In this document: piece by piece, positions 1-16,368 of the stretch | Numbering within the stretch: position 1 is the stretch's first letter | Layout of the letters: each line of letters begins with the position of its first letter | Assembly: GCF_045037415.1 (NCBI RefSeq) | Contig: NZ_CP173438.1 | Length of the DNA stretch: 64,000 nt | Reading direction: 5' to 3' (one strand) | Origin: Escherichia coli | GTDB lineage: Bacteria > Pseudomonadota > Gammaproteobacteria > Enterobacterales > Enterobacteriaceae | Translations under genes and position numbers: made by a program | Notes under the pieces: model-generated | Database searches by the model: none | The model's input: only the letters and a program-made list of their open reading frames with translations | Told to the model about the DNA's origin: nothing

Positions 1-93
1 GAAGCAATAATAGCATCTAACGCACGGCCAGCCGCAGCTTTAGAGATATCAGCCCCTGCAGCAATCTTGTCGATCAATTGAGATTTATTCACT
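1..93 (-). CDS. hupB: DNA-binding protein HU-beta, N-terminal ~31 codons only (gene continues past window start)
   Basis: Minus-strand translation from GTG at 91-93 gives [31 protein letters not shown], recognised as HU-beta N-terminus; lies downstream of lon as expected. Confidence 0.8.
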
Positions 94-231
94 CTTCTCT
101 TCCTCTTTATAATTTATATCGCACTTGAATCCTTCAAGGTACGAACGCGCAGCAGTTATATCAGGCCAGCCATCCCCTTACAACACCCCTTAATAAGGGC
201 AAGCCCGATCCGCCATCTAACTTAGCGAGAC

Positions 232-278
232 AAAAAAAGGCTGGCAAGCCCGAATTAGCCTGCCAGCCCTGTTTTTAT
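232..278 (-). terminator. Rho-independent terminator after lon (hairpin flanked by A-run and T-run, so bidirectional in form)
   Basis: GGCTGGCAAGCC..loop..GCCTGCCAGCC stem ~239-270, preceded by AAAAAAA and followed by TTTTT; 30 nt past the lon stop. Confidence 0.7.
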
Positions 279-300
279 TAGTGCATTTTGCGCGAGGTCA

Positions 301-2655
301 CTATTTTGCAGTCACAACCTGCATGCCAGACGGTTCATTTTGTAGCGCCAGAGTCAGAACTTCCTCAATGCGCTTCACAGGATGAATGTCCAGATCGGCA
401 ATTACGTTGTCAGGAATCTCTTCCAGATCGCGTTTATTTTCGAACGGAATTAACACTGTTTTAATCCCGCCGCGATGCGCTGCCAGTAGTTTTTCTTTCA
501 AACCACCGATCGGCAGTACCTGACCACGCAGAGTGATCTCACCGGTCATTGCCACATCGGCACGAACCGGGTTACCGGTCAGGCAAGAAACCAGCGCGGT
601 GCACATGGCAATACCGGCACTCGGACCATCTTTCGGCGTCGCACCTTCCGGTACGTGGACGTGGATGTCACGTTTTTCGTAAAAATCAGGGTTGATCCCC
701 AGTTTTTCCGCACGCGCACGAACCACCGTTAACGCCGCCTGAATAGACTCCTGCATCACTTCGCCGAGCGAACCGGTATAGGTCAGTTTGCCTTTCCCCG
801 GAACGCACGCGGTTTCAATGGTCAGCAAGTCACCGCCCACTTCCGTCCACGCCAGACCGGTTACCTGGCCGACACGGTTTTCGTTATCCGCGCGCCCATA
901 GTCGAAACGCTGAACACCGAGGTAGTCATGCAGGTTATCACCGTTAATTTCGATATGTTTTAATGACTTATCGAGCAGTAACTGCTTAACCGCTTTGCGA
1001 CACAGTTTGGAGATTTCACGCTCCAGACCACGCACGCCCGCCTCACGGGTGTAGTAACGAATAATGCCGATAATGGCGCTATCGTCGACGGTCAGCTCAC
1101 CTTTTTTCAATGCATTACGTTCAATCTGCTTCGGCAGCAGGTGACGTTTGGCGATGTTCAGTTTTTCATCTTCGGTATAACCGGAGAGGCGAATCACTTC
1201 CATACGATCCAGCAACGGTGCCGGAATGTTCATGGAGTTCGACGTAGCGACAAACATTACGTCGCTGAGATCGTAATCCACTTCCAGGTAGTGGTCGCTG
1301 AACGCTACGTTCTGCTCTGGATCCAGCACTTCAAGCAGTGCGGAGGCCGGATCACCACGCATGTCAGAAGACATTTTGTCGATCTCATCGAGCAGGAACA
1401 GCGGGTTTTTCACGCCCACTTTCGCCATTTTCTGGATCAGTTTACCCGGCATAGAACCGATGTAAGTACGGCGGTGACCACGGATTTCCGCTTCATCACG
1501 CACGCCGCCCAGCGCCATACGGACATATTTACGCCCGGTGGCTTTGGCGATGGACTGACCCAGGGACGTTTTACCTACCCCCGGCGGCCCTACCAGGCAG
1601 AGGATCGGACCCTTGATTTTGTTGACACGGCTTTGAACCGCAAGATACTCAAGGATACGATCTTTCACGCGCTCCAGACCATAATGGTCGGTATCAAGGA
1701 TTTCCTGCGCCTGACGCAGGTCTTTTTTGACCTTGCTACGCGCATTCCACGGCACCTGTACCATCCAGTCGATATATCCACGCACTACGGTCGCTTCTGC
1801 CGACATCGGAGACATCATTTTCAGCTTCTGCAGCTCTGCTTCCGCTTTCTCTTTTGCCTCTTTCGGCATCTTCGCCGCGTCGATTTTGCGCTTCAGGGCT
1901 TCGTTTTCGTCCGGCGCGTCGTCCATTTCACCGAGTTCTTTCTGAATAGCTTTCATTTGCTCGTTCAGATAGTACTCACGCTGGGATTTCTCCATCTGCT
2001 TTTTAACGCGGTTGCGAATGCGTTTCTCAACCTGCAGCAGATCGATTTCCGATTCCATCATTGCCATCAGATATTCCAGACGTTCGTTAACGTCGGACAT
2101 CTCCAGAACGGACTGTTTGTCAGCCAGTTTCAGCGGCATATGTGCAGCAATGGTATCCGCCAGACGCGCCGGATCGTCGATGCTATTCAGCGACGTCAGC
2201 ACTTCTGGTGGGATTTTTTTGTTTAGCTTGATGTAGCCTTCGAACTGGCTGATTGCAGTACGCACCAGCACTTCCTGTTCCCGCTCATCAATGGTCGGCG
2301 ACTCCAGATACTCCGCCTTCGCAGAAAAGTGTTCGCCATTGTCAGAGAGCGCAGAAATACGCGCGCGCTGTAACCCCTCGACCAGCACTTTGACGGTGCC
2401 GTCAGGCAGTTTCAGCATCTGCAATATAGAGGCCACGGTCCCGACGGTGAAAAGATCGTTTACACCCGGCTCATCCGTTGAAGCTTCTTTCTGCGCGACC
2501 AGCATAATTTTTTTATCATGGTCCATCGCCGCTTCCAGACAACGGATGGATTTTTCCCGCCCGACAAATAAGGGGATGACCATGTGCGGATAAACCACCA
2601 CATCGCGCAGCGGCAATACGGGGATTTCAATGCGTTCAGAACGCTCAGGATTCAT
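301..2655 (-). CDS. lon: ATP-dependent protease Lon
   Basis: ORF 301..2700 trimmed to internal Met (784 aa) starting [16 protein letters not shown]; Walker [12 protein letters not shown]; protease domain [11 protein letters not shown]. Confidence 0.95.
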   Translation of the reverse strand: MNPERSERIEIPVLPLRDVVVYPHMVIPLFVGREKSIRCLEAAMDHDKKIMLVAQKEASTDEPGVNDLFTVGTVASILQMLKLPDGTVKVLVEGLQRARISALSDNGEHFSAKAEYLESPTIDEREQEVLVRTAISQFEGYIKLNKKIPPEVLTSLNSIDDPARLADTIAAHMPLKLADKQSVLEMSDVNERLEYLMAMMESEIDLLQVEKRIRNRVKKQMEKSQREYYLNEQMKAIQKELGEMDDAPDENEALKRKIDAAKMPKEAKEKAEAELQKLKMMSPMSAEATVVRGYIDWMVQVPWNARSKVKKDLRQAQEILDTDHYGLERVKDRILEYLAVQSRVNKIKGPILCLVGPPGVGKTSLGQSIAKATGRKYVRMALGGVRDEAEIRGHRRTYIGSMPGKLIQKMAKVGVKNPLFLLDEIDKMSSDMRGDPASALLEVLDPEQNVAFSDHYLEVDYDLSDVMFVATSNSMNIPAPLLDRMEVIRLSGYTEDEKLNIAKRHLLPKQIERNALKKGELTVDDSAIIGIIRYYTREAGVRGLEREISKLCRKAVKQLLLDKSLKHIEINGDNLHDYLGVQRFDYGRADNENRVGQVTGLAWTEVGGDLLTIETACVPGKGKLTYTGSLGEVMQESIQAALTVVRARAEKLGINPDFYEKRDIHVHVPEGATPKDGPSAGIAMCTALVSCLTGNPVRADVAMTGEITLRGQVLPIGGLKEKLLAAHRGGIKTVLIPFENKRDLEEIPDNVIADLDIHPVKRIEEVLTLALQNEPSGMQVVTAK

Positions 2656-2738
2656 AGAGCTCTCTCTTAGTTTAATTTCCGCCAGGTAATCAGATGACAC
2701 GACTGTGCTTCACGCCATCTATTAACATGTACGTCAGT

Positions 2739-2769
2739 ATATGGGGATGTTTCCCCCACATTCAACGCC
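2739..2769 (-). promoter_or_regulatory. Sigma-32 (heat-shock) promoter of lon
   Basis: Minus strand reads GGCGTTGAA (-35-like CTTGAA) ... CCCCATAT (-10), matching the heat-shock consensus and the lon promoter as I recall it. Confidence 0.65.
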
Positions 2770-2780
2770 GAGAATAGAGG

Positions 2781-2809
2781 AAAAATTAAAGGGGAGATAA
2801 AATCCCCCC
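2781..2809 (-). terminator. Terminator-like hairpin downstream of clpX
   Basis: G/C-rich stem GGGGGGAU..AUCUCCCC on the minus transcript followed by U-rich tract; ~35 nt past the clpX stop. Confidence 0.55.
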
Positions 2810-2842
2810 TTTTCGGTTAACTAATTGTATGGGAATGGTTAA

Positions 2843-4117
2843 TTATTCACCAGATGCCTGTTGCGCTTCCGGCTTACCATAAATCAGCAACGGTTTGCTT
2901 TGACCATCAATTACCGACTCGTCGATAACCACTTTTTCGACATCTTCCATGGACGGCAGATCGTACATGGTATCGAGCAGTGCGGCTTCTACGATGGAAC
3001 GCAGGCCACGGGCACCGGTTTTACGCGCCATCGCTTTCTTAGCGATAGCATCCAGCGCCTCGTCACGGAATTCCAGATCCACGCCTTCCAGATTAAACAG
3101 CGCCTGATACTGCTTGGTCAGGGCGTTTTTCGGCTCTTTGAGGATCTGAATCAGAGCTTCTTCGCTCAGTTCATTCAACGTTGCGACAACCGGCAGACGA
3201 CCAATGAACTCAGGGATCAGACCAAACTTGATCAGATCTTCCGGTTCAACCTGCGCCAGCAGTTCACCTTCGCTGGCTTTGTCGGACTTGGCTTTCACCG
3301 TCGCGCCAAAACCAATGCCGGAGCCGGTTTCAACACGATTGGCAATCACTTTATCCAGGCCAGCAAATGCGCCGCCACAGATGAACAGGATCTTAGAGGT
3401 ATCAACCTGCAAGAATTCCTGCTGCGGATGTTTACGCCCACCTTGCGGCGGAACAGCAGCTACCGTACCTTCGATCAGTTTTAACAGTGCCTGCTGTACG
3501 CCTTCACCGGAAACGTCTCGGGTAATGGACGGGTTGTCTGACTTACGAGAAATCTTGTCGATTTCATCGATGTAGACAATCCCGCGCTGCGCTTTCTGTA
3601 CGTCGTAATCGCACTTCTGCAACAGCTTCTGAATGATGTTTTCAACGTCTTCGCCCACATAACCGGCTTCGGTCAGCGTGGTTGCGTCAGCCATGGTGAA
3701 CGGAACGTCCAGCAGGCGCGCCAGCGTTTCGGCCAGCAGCGTTTTACCGGAACCGGTCGGACCGATCAGCAGAATGTTACTTTTGCCCAACTCGACGCCA
3801 TTGCTGGTATCTCCGTTGCGCAGACGTTTGTAGTGGTTGTATACCGCGACCGCCAGCACTTTTTTCGCCTGTTCCTGACCGATAACGTAATCGTCCAGGT
3901 GGTTGCGAATTTCATGCGGCGTCGGTAGCGCACTGCGTTCACGATGCGGTGCAACTTCTTTAATCTCTTCGCGAATGATGTCGTTACATAAATCAACACA
4001 TTCGTCGCAGATATACACGGATGGACCGGCAATCAGCTTGCGCACTTCATGCTGGCTTTTGCCGCAAAAAGAGCAATACAGCAATTTGCCTGAGCCATCT
4101 TTGCGTTTATCTGTCAT
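2843..4117 (-). CDS. clpX: ATP-dependent Clp protease ATP-binding subunit ClpX
   Basis: 424 aa; N-terminal zinc-binding CSFCGK..CDEC; Walker A GPTGSGKT; matches ClpX. Confidence 0.95.
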   Translation of the reverse strand: MTDKRKDGSGKLLYCSFCGKSQHEVRKLIAGPSVYICDECVDLCNDIIREEIKEVAPHRERSALPTPHEIRNHLDDYVIGQEQAKKVLAVAVYNHYKRLRNGDTSNGVELGKSNILLIGPTGSGKTLLAETLARLLDVPFTMADATTLTEAGYVGEDVENIIQKLLQKCDYDVQKAQRGIVYIDEIDKISRKSDNPSITRDVSGEGVQQALLKLIEGTVAAVPPQGGRKHPQQEFLQVDTSKILFICGGAFAGLDKVIANRVETGSGIGFGATVKAKSDKASEGELLAQVEPEDLIKFGLIPEFIGRLPVVATLNELSEEALIQILKEPKNALTKQYQALFNLEGVDLEFRDEALDAIAKKAMARKTGARGLRSIVEAALLDTMYDLPSMEDVEKVVIDESVIDGQSKPLLIYGKPEAQQASGE

Positions 4118-4242
4118 GGGTCAAAACCTCTTCTTTGTTCTTTGTGCCGCACACGACGACGCAAATGCCATTCTCAGGCGCAAGCCGCTTACAGCGTTGT
4201 GCCGCCCTGGATAAGTATAGCGGCACAGTTGCGCCTCTGGCA

Positions 4243-4866
4243 TCAATTACGATGGGTCAGAATCGAATCGACCAGACCGTATTCCACCGCTTCAGGGGCA
4301 GAAAGGAAGCGATCGCGCTCGGTATCACGTTCAATCTGTTCTAATGATTGACCCGTATGAAGCGCCATAAGTTCATTCATGCGCCCTTTAACTTTCAGAA
4401 TTTCACGGGCATGAATTTCGATATCGGTCGCCTGGCCCTGGTAGCCGCCCAACGGCTGGTGAATCATCACGCGCGAATTCGGCAGGCAGAAACGTTTACC
4501 TTTTGCCCCTGCAGTCAGCAAGAAAGCGCCCATCGAGGCCGCCTGGCCCATACAGATGGTGCTGACATCAGGCTTGATAAACTGCATGGTGTCATAGATA
4601 GACATCCCGGCAGTAATCACCCCGCCTGGAGAGTTAATGTACAGATAGATATCTTTTTCTGGGTTTTCTGCTTCCAGGAACAGCATCTGCGCCACAATCA
4701 GGTTAGCCATGTGGTCTTCAACCTGGCCAGTCAGAAAAATGACGCGTTCCTTAAGTAGACGAGAATAGATATCAAAAGAGCGCTCACCTCGTGAGGTCTG
4801 TTCAATGACCATCGGCACCAGCGCCATATGGGGTGCAAAGTTATCTCGTTCGCCGCTGTATGACAT
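4243..4866 (-). CDS. clpP: ATP-dependent Clp protease proteolytic subunit ClpP
   Basis: 207 aa starting [20 protein letters not shown]; active-site Ser context GQAASMGA. Confidence 0.95.
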   Translation of the reverse strand: MSYSGERDNFAPHMALVPMVIEQTSRGERSFDIYSRLLKERVIFLTGQVEDHMANLIVAQMLFLEAENPEKDIYLYINSPGGVITAGMSIYDTMQFIKPDVSTICMGQAASMGAFLLTAGAKGKRFCLPNSRVMIHQPLGGYQGQATDIEIHAREILKVKGRMNELMALHTGQSLEQIERDTERDRFLSAPEAVEYGLVDSILTHRN

Positions 4867-4944
4867 TTCCGTCTCCTGGATAAAATTGAAAAAACCTGCT
4901 GTACCGATTGTAACCTTATGGACGGATTATCAGCTAGTCCCTGT

Positions 4945-4975
4945 GTTATGGGTACGGCATCACCATATTTCAAGC
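4945..4975 (-). promoter_or_regulatory. Sigma-32-type promoter upstream of clpP
   Basis: Minus strand GCTTGAAA ... CCCATAAC resembles heat-shock -35/-10; clpP is known to be heat-shock regulated. Confidence 0.5.
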
Positions 4976-5044
4976 ATAACAATCTTTTGTTGTTACGCTA
5001 ACACCGAAAGAGGCTTTTCGCACGGTTCCATGCAAAATTCATGA

Positions 5045-5077
5045 CAAAAAAAAGCCCACCACCTGGCGGTGACGGGC
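5045..5077 (-). terminator. Rho-independent terminator of tig
   Basis: 10-bp G/C-rich stem (GCCCGUCACC/GGUGGUGGGC) followed by U8 on the minus transcript, ~35 nt past the tig stop. Confidence 0.75.
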
Positions 5078-5111
5078 CTTTGTGCGAATTTAGCGCGTTA
5101 TGCTACGTAAA

Positions 5112-6419
<1,308 letters not shown>

Positions 6420-6671
6420 TCAAAAAATCACAGTGCTCGGTCAACTCTTACCCCGCAAGCACAGGTTGTTGGCTTCGCGGAACCGGGATGTTCTTATAAT
6501 CAATCACATTCCCTGTTACCAGAATCATCCCGAAAGCATTCAAATAGGACGCGGCATTATAGCGGCATCACTTTTATGAGTCGAGAACGGTTATTGCGCG
6601 CTGTCGCGTATTTTTTCACAATTCCCGGGCGATTTTCGTCTGAATGCTGGGCAAAAAGCGCAAAATCCAGA

Positions 6672-6700
6672 CAAAACAAAACGGCCCGCAGGCCGTTTTT
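6672..6700 (-). terminator. Rho-independent terminator of bolA (bidirectional in form)
   Basis: AACGGCC-CGCA-GGCCGTT hairpin flanked by A-run and T-run, ~55 nt past the bolA stop. Confidence 0.7.
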
Positions 6701-6753
6701 CATAAAATCTTTAGCAACATACTGGAAAAGCGCCGACAGTTGCAAATGCGTTT

Positions 6754-7071
6754 TTACGCGATGCTTCCTGCTCCACGACAGGGAGGAGAGGCAAAGACGG
6801 TGTCCTGCAACCCTTCCCACTCCTTAATAGTGTAAGTATGCAGAGCCAGCGCATGAACGGTAGTAGAGAGTTCCTCCGCTAAAGTACTGTAAATCATTCG
6901 ATGACGATTCAGAAAACGTTCACCCGTAAAACGATCGCTGACCAGCACAACTTTAAAATGGCTTTCAGAGCCGGCTGGGACATTGTGACGATAGCTTTCA
7001 TCCACTACTTCGAGGAATACGGGTTGGAACGCCGCCCTTAATTTTTCTTCTATCCGCTCACGTATCATCAT
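6754..7071 (-). CDS. bolA: Transcriptional regulator BolA
   Basis: ORF 6754..7104 trimmed to internal Met (105 aa) [15 protein letters not shown]. Confidence 0.9.
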
Positions 7072-7375
7072 GAAATATCTCCTCCGACAACGCTGAGATG
7101 TCATCCATCCCTTTAAATACTAGCCGCTTTTACCGTTTCCATTGCAGCTTAACAACAAATATTTAGGTTTCGTCCTGGTTTTTCCGTCAAGCGTATGAAG
7201 TTTACTGATTTAAAGATTGAAACACAGGCCTCGCATCAGCGTTTCTTTTACCAGGGGTGATTATTTCGTCAACATGATGAATTTACATGCCTTACCCACT
7301 TCCCCTCGCCGTTGGCAATGTTATGATGGCGGGAATTTTTACCAAACACGCTTAAGAGTCTCTGAGAGCCCGAAC

Positions 7376-7954
7376 ATGTTCAAAAAAATCCTCTTCCCGT
7401 TAGTTGCTCTGTTTATGCTTGCAGGATGCGCAAAACCGCCAACAACTATCGAAGTTTCCCCGACGATTACACTGCCACAGCAGGATCCAAGCCTGATGGG
7501 CGTCACCGTAAGCATTAATGGTGCCGATCAGCGTACCGATCAGGCGCTGGCAAAAGTCACCCGCGATAATCAAATCGTTACCCTGACCGCCTCCCGCGAT
7601 CTGCGTTTCCTGCTGCAAGAAGTGCTGGAAAAACAAATGACCGCCCGTGGATACATGGTTGGTCCGAATGGCCCGGTTAATCTGCAAATCATCGTTAGCC
7701 AACTGTATGCTGACGTGTCCCAGGGCAACGTGCGCTACAACATCGCGACCAAAGCGGATATCGCCATCATCGCTACCGCGCAGAATGGCAACAAAATGAC
7801 CAAAAACTATCGTGCCAGCTACAACGTTGAAGGTGCGTTCCAGGCCTCCAACAAAAATATCGCCGATGCGGTTAACAGTGTGCTGACCGATACCATCGCT
7901 GATATGTCTCAGGACACCAGCATCCACGAATTCATCAAGCAGAACGCGCGTTAA
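7376..7954 (+). CDS. yajG: Lipoprotein YajG
   Basis: ORF 7217..7954 trimmed to Met54 (192 aa); signal peptide with lipobox MFKKILFPLVALFMLAGC. Confidence 0.85.
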   Translation: MFKKILFPLVALFMLAGCAKPPTTIEVSPTITLPQQDPSLMGVTVSINGADQRTDQALAKVTRDNQIVTLTASRDLRFLLQEVLEKQMTARGYMVGPNGPVNLQIIVSQLYADVSQGNVRYNIATKADIAIIATAQNGNKMTKNYRASYNVEGAFQASNKNIADAVNSVLTDTIADMSQDTSIHEFIKQNAR

Positions 7955-7997
7955 TTTCTGCCCTCTGGCCCGGTGCAAGCCGGGCCTGTAGACGCCC

Positions 7998-9473
7998 ATG
8001 TCCAGTCAATATTTACGTATTTTTCAACAGCCGCGTTCAGCCATATTGCTGATCCTGGGTTTTGCTTCCGGGCTACCGCTCGCCCTGACGTCCGGCACCT
8101 TACAGGCCTGGATGACGGTCGAGAATATCGATCTCAAAACCATTGGTTTCTTCTCTCTGGTAGGCCAGGCTTACGTTTTTAAATTCCTCTGGTCACCACT
8201 GATGGACCGCTACACGCCCCCATTTTTCGGGCGGCGGCGCGGTTGGCTGCTCGCCACGCAAATTCTGTTATTAGTCGCCATTGCGGCGATGGGTTTTCTC
8301 GAACCAGGCACCCAGCTCCGCTGGATGGCGGCACTGGCGGTGGTGATCGCTTTTTGCTCTGCCTCCCAGGATATTGTCTTCGATGCGTGGAAAACCGATG
8401 TGCTCCCGGCAGAAGAACGTGGTGCGGGCGCGGCAATCAGCGTGCTGGGTTACCGTTTAGGGATGCTGGTTTCCGGCGGCTTAGCCCTGTGGCTGGCAGA
8501 TAAATGGCTGGGCTGGCAGGGCATGTACTGGTTGATGGCGGCGCTGTTGATCCCCTGTATTATCGCGACGTTGCTTGCACCAGAACCCACCGACACCATT
8601 CCTGTGCCCAAAACGCTGGAACAAGCGGTTGTTGCACCTCTGCGAGATTTCTTTGGTCGCAATAATGCCTGGCTTATTTTGCTTCTTATCGTGCTGTATA
8701 AGCTGGGCGACGCATTCGCTATGAGCCTGACAACCACGTTTTTGATTCGCGGCGTCGGGTTTGATGCGGGTGAAGTAGGCGTGGTTAACAAAACGCTTGG
8801 CTTACTGGCGACCATTGTTGGCGCATTGTACGGTGGGATTTTGATGCAGCGCCTGTCGCTGTTCCGTGCACTGCTGATTTTCGGCATTTTACAAGGTGCA
8901 TCTAACGCCGGTTACTGGCTGCTGTCGATTACTGATAAGCATCTCTACAGCATGGGTGCAGCCGTCTTTTTCGAAAACCTCTGTGGCGGGATGGGTACAT
9001 CAGCCTTTGTCGCGCTGTTAATGACGCTGTGTAATAAGTCATTTTCCGCTACTCAATTTGCCCTGCTCTCAGCGCTTTCTGCTGTAGGGCGAGTTTATGT
9101 CGGCCCCGTGGCGGGTTGGTTTGTTGAAGCACACGGCTGGTCGACATTCTATCTATTCTCCGTCGCCGCTGCCGTACCAGGGCTTATTTTGCTGCTGGTT
9201 TGCCGCCAGACGCTTGAATATACACGAGTAAATGACAACTTTATCTCCCGTACCGAATATCCTGCAGGTTATGCCTTTGCCATGTGGACACTGGCGGCGG
9301 GCATCAGCCTGTTGGCCGTGTGGTTACTGCTGTTGACGATGGACGCGCTGGATTTGACGCACTTCTCTTTCCTGCCTGCGCTGCTGGAAGTCGGGGTTTT
9401 AGTCGCCCTCTCTGGCGTCGTGCTTGGTGGTTTGCTGGATTATCTGGCGCTACGAAAAACACATCTGACGTAA
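7998..9473 (+). CDS. ampG: Muropeptide (anhydromuropeptide) permease AmpG, MFS family
   Basis: 491 aa multi-pass membrane protein starting MSSQYLRIFQQPRSAILLILGFASG; position next to yajG. Confidence 0.9.
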   Translation: MSSQYLRIFQQPRSAILLILGFASGLPLALTSGTLQAWMTVENIDLKTIGFFSLVGQAYVFKFLWSPLMDRYTPPFFGRRRGWLLATQILLLVAIAAMGFLEPGTQLRWMAALAVVIAFCSASQDIVFDAWKTDVLPAEERGAGAAISVLGYRLGMLVSGGLALWLADKWLGWQGMYWLMAALLIPCIIATLLAPEPTDTIPVPKTLEQAVVAPLRDFFGRNNAWLILLLIVLYKLGDAFAMSLTTTFLIRGVGFDAGEVGVVNKTLGLLATIVGALYGGILMQRLSLFRALLIFGILQGASNAGYWLLSITDKHLYSMGAAVFFENLCGGMGTSAFVALLMTLCNKSFSATQFALLSALSAVGRVYVGPVAGWFVEAHGWSTFYLFSVAAAVPGLILLLVCRQTLEYTRVNDNFISRTEYPAGYAFAMWTLAAGISLLAVWLLLLTMDALDLTHFSFLPALLEVGVLVALSGVVLGGLLDYLALRKTHLT

Positions 9474-9932
9474 TCTGTAAATATTATTTAGCTGTAGTAA
9501 TCACTCGCCGTAATTATTACGGCTAAATAAACATCAGCATCGCTTATTGATATTTGTTCTTTTGTGCGGCTTAGCGTCTGGAAATTATTGACGCCATTTA
9601 TGAATTCTATTTTTTTTACACGATTCAGCTGATGAGTCCTTATTTTCTCACCACCCAGTTGTCACCCTAATGATAGTTATTTGTTAAATAATTGTTTTAT
9701 TTTATATTGATTATACCAATTGCCCGCCCAAACTCCTTCTGCACTTCCCTTTCGTTATAACGCCCTTTTGCAACAGCTTCTTAAAATCAACTTGATATGT
9801 TTTGCAACATATGTGACCTGATAGCCAAATCCAAGTAACAGGAATTTAATCATGTTTACAGTAATGTAACCTTCCCGTAAAATGCCCACACACTTTAAAC
9901 GCCACCAGATCCCGTGGAATTGAGGTCGTTAA
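9474..9932 (+). promoter_or_regulatory. cyoABCDE promoter/regulatory region (459-bp AT-rich intergenic region)
   Basis: Long AT-rich non-coding stretch upstream of cyoA; cyo expression is known to be controlled by several global regulators; individual sites not resolved by eye. Confidence 0.6.
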
Positions 9933-10880
<948 letters not shown>

Positions 10881-10889
10881 AGGGGTTGA

Positions 10890-13826
<2,937 letters not shown>

Positions 13827-13837
13827 GAGCGGCGGTT

Positions 13838-14728
13838 ATGATATTTAAGCAATACCTGCAAGTAACGAAACCAGGCATCATCTTTGGCAACCTGATCTCG
13901 GTGATTGGGGGATTCTTGCTGGCCTCAAAGGGCAGCATTGATTATCCCCTGTTTATCTACACGCTGGTTGGGGTGTCACTGGTTGTGGCGTCGGGTTGTG
14001 TGTTTAACAACTACATCGACAGGGATATCGACAGAAAGATGGAAAGGACGAAGAATCGGGTGCTGGTTAAAGGCCTGATCTCTCCTGCTGTCTCGCTGGT
14101 GTACGCCACCTTGCTGGGTATTGCTGGCTTTATGCTGCTGTGGTTTGGCGCGAATCCGCTGGCCTGCTGGCTGGGGGTGATGGGCTTTGTGGTTTATGTC
14201 GGCGTTTATAGCCTGTACATGAAACGTCATTCTGTCTACGGCACATTGATTGGTTCGCTCTCCGGCGCTGCGCCTCCGGTGATCGGTTACTGTGCGGTAA
14301 CCGGCGAGTTCGATAGCGGCGCAGCGATCCTGTTGGCTATCTTCAGCCTGTGGCAGATGCCTCACTCTTATGCCATAGCCATTTTCCGCTTTAAGGATTA
14401 TCAGGCGGCAAACATTCCGGTACTGCCGGTGGTGAAAGGCATTTCGGTGGCGAAGAATCACATCACGCTGTATATCATCGCCTTTGCCGTTGCCACGCTG
14501 ATGCTCTCTCTTGGCGGCTACGCTGGGTATAAATATCTGGTGGTCGCCGCTGCGGTGAGCGTCTGGTGGTTAGGCATGGCTCTGCGCGGCTATAAAGTTG
14601 CTGATGACAGAATCTGGGCGCGCAAGCTGTTCGGTTTCTCTATCATCGCTATCACTGCCCTCTCGGTGATGATGTCCGTTGATTTTATGGTGCCGGACTC
14701 GCATACGCTGCTGGCTGCTGTGTGGTAA
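13838..14728 (+). CDS. cyoE: Heme O synthase (protoheme IX farnesyltransferase)
   Basis: ORF 13793..14728 trimmed to Met16 (296 aa) [22 protein letters not shown]; UbiA-family prenyltransferase motif NNYIDRDID. Confidence 0.9.
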   Translation: MIFKQYLQVTKPGIIFGNLISVIGGFLLASKGSIDYPLFIYTLVGVSLVVASGCVFNNYIDRDIDRKMERTKNRVLVKGLISPAVSLVYATLLGIAGFMLLWFGANPLACWLGVMGFVVYVGVYSLYMKRHSVYGTLIGSLSGAAPPVIGYCAVTGEFDSGAAILLAIFSLWQMPHSYAIAIFRFKDYQAANIPVLPVVKGISVAKNHITLYIIAFAVATLMLSLGGYAGYKYLVVAAAVSVWWLGMALRGYKVADDRIWARKLFGFSIIAITALSVMMSVDFMVPDSHTLLAAVW

Positions 14729-14743
14729 CACAACCTCTCAGTT

Positions 14744-14770
14744 AAAAAGGTGCTACGGCACCTTTTTTCT
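14744..14770 (+). terminator. Rho-independent terminator of the cyo operon
   Basis: AAAAAGGTGC-TACG-GCACCTTTTTT, 16 nt past the cyoE stop. Confidence 0.85.
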
Positions 14771-14876
14771 TAGCATTAGAATCATATCCCTCTCGAAATA
14801 TTTACTAAAAAATCCGCATGTTTACCCCATTCGTTTGCCGCTTTACACTAGTCGCGAATTTAAAACAGAGGTGGTA

Positions 14877-16241
14877 ATGAACGATTATAAAATGACGCCA
14901 GGTGAGCGGCGCGCGACCTGGGGTTTAGGGACCGTATTTTCATTACGCATGCTGGGCATGTTCATGGTTCTGCCGGTTCTGACCACGTACGGCATGGCTC
15001 TGCAAGGTGCCAGCGAAGCATTAATCGGTATTGCCATTGGTATTTATGGTCTGACTCAGGCCGTTTTTCAGATTCCGTTTGGCCTGCTTTCAGACCGCAT
15101 TGGTCGCAAACCATTAATTGTCGGTGGGCTGGCGGTGTTTGCCGCCGGTAGCGTTATCGCTGCGCTCTCTGACTCCATCTGGGGAATTATTCTGGGCCGG
15201 GCGCTACAAGGCTCCGGTGCGATTGCCGCAGCCGTTATGGCGCTGCTTTCCGATCTCACGCGCGAACAAAACCGCACCAAAGCGATGGCGTTTATCGGCG
15301 TGAGCTTTGGCATTACCTTTGCCATTGCGATGGTGCTTGGCCCGATCATCACTCACAAACTTGGGCTGCACGTGCTGTTCTGGATGATCGCTATTCTGGC
15401 AACAACCGGCATTGCGTTGACCATTTGGGTTGTGCCCAACAGTAGCACTCATGTACTTAATCGTGAGTCCGGAATGGTAAAAGGCAGTTTCAGTAAAGTG
15501 CTGGCGGAACCGCGGCTGCTGAAACTCAACTTTGGCATTATGTGTCTGCATATTTTGCTGATGTCGACCTTTGTTGCCCTGCCCGGACAGATGGCTGATG
15601 CGGGGTTCCCGGCGGCTGAACACTGGAAGGTCTACCTGGCAACGATGTTAATCGCCTTTGGCTCGGTCGTGCCTTTCATTATCTACGCTGAAGTTAAGCG
15701 CAAAATGAAGCAAGTCTTTGTCTTCTGCGTCGGGTTGATCGTGGTTGCGGAAATTGTGTTGTGGAACGCACAAACGCAGTTCTGGCAACTGGTGGTCGGC
15801 GTGCAGCTTTTCTTTGTGGCGTTTAATTTGATGGAAGCCCTTCTGCCTTCACTTATCAGTAAAGAATCGCCAGCAGGTTACAAAGGTACGGCGATGGGTG
15901 TTTACTCCACCAGCCAGTTTCTTGGCGTGGCGATTGGCGGTTCGCTGGGCGGCTGGATTGACGGCATGTTTGACGGTCAGGGAGTATTTCTCGCTGGCGC
16001 AATGCTGGCCGCAGTGTGGCTGGCAGTCGCCAGTACCATGAAAGAACCGCCGTATGTCAGCAGCTTGCGCATTGAAATCCCGGCGAACATTGCCGCAAAC
16101 GAGGCGTTAAAAGTGCGTTTGCTGGAAACTGAAGGCATCAAAGAAGTGTTGATTGCAGAAGAAGAACATTCAGCTTATGTGAAAATCGACAGCAAAGTGA
16201 CGAATCGCTTTGAGGTTGAACAGGCAATTCGCCAGGCATAA
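14877..16241 (+). CDS. yajR: MFS transporter YajR
   Basis: ORF 14679..16241 trimmed to Met67 (454 aa) MNDYKMTPGERRATWGLGTVFSLRMLGMF; 12-TM-like hydrophobic pattern. Confidence 0.85.
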   Translation: MNDYKMTPGERRATWGLGTVFSLRMLGMFMVLPVLTTYGMALQGASEALIGIAIGIYGLTQAVFQIPFGLLSDRIGRKPLIVGGLAVFAAGSVIAALSDSIWGIILGRALQGSGAIAAAVMALLSDLTREQNRTKAMAFIGVSFGITFAIAMVLGPIITHKLGLHVLFWMIAILATTGIALTIWVVPNSSTHVLNRESGMVKGSFSKVLAEPRLLKLNFGIMCLHILLMSTFVALPGQMADAGFPAAEHWKVYLATMLIAFGSVVPFIIYAEVKRKMKQVFVFCVGLIVVAEIVLWNAQTQFWQLVVGVQLFFVAFNLMEALLPSLISKESPAGYKGTAMGVYSTSQFLGVAIGGSLGGWIDGMFDGQGVFLAGAMLAAVWLAVASTMKEPPYVSSLRIEIPANIAANEALKVRLLETEGIKEVLIAEEEHSAYVKIDSKVTNRFEVEQAIRQA

Positions 16242-16256
16242 AAGCGAGGCGAAATT

Positions 16257-16340
16257 GCCTGCTGCGCTACGCTTATCAGGCCTACTAAGTTCCTGAGTTA
16301 CAAACCTTTGTAGGCCGAATCAGGCGTTCATGCCGCATCT
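16257..16340. repeat. REP/BIME-like palindromic elements at the convergent yajR/yajQ junction
   Basis: Two units resembling REP consensus (..GCGCTACGCTTATCAGGCCTAC.. and ..GTAGGCCGAATCAGGCGTTCATGCCGCATC..) in opposite orientation. Confidence 0.7.
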
Positions 16341-16368
16341 GACATGAACAAAGCGCAGGTTGTCGCGA

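Noticed and set aside
301-2700. N-terminal extensions offered by the ORF track (lon +15 codons, bolA +11, yajG +53, cyoD +27, cyoE +15, yajR +66, yajQ +56, ribH +32, yajI +20, tsx +16, yajD +23, secF +15, sbcD +14, araJ +28, mak +46, rdgC +24, yaiI +40, proC +36, psiF +6, phoA +23, yaiZ +44)
   Set aside because: In every case an internal start reproduces the known protein N-terminus and length, often with a signal peptide or a Shine-Dalgarno at the right distance. The upstream extensions run through promoter or terminator sequence or begin at non-ATG codons.
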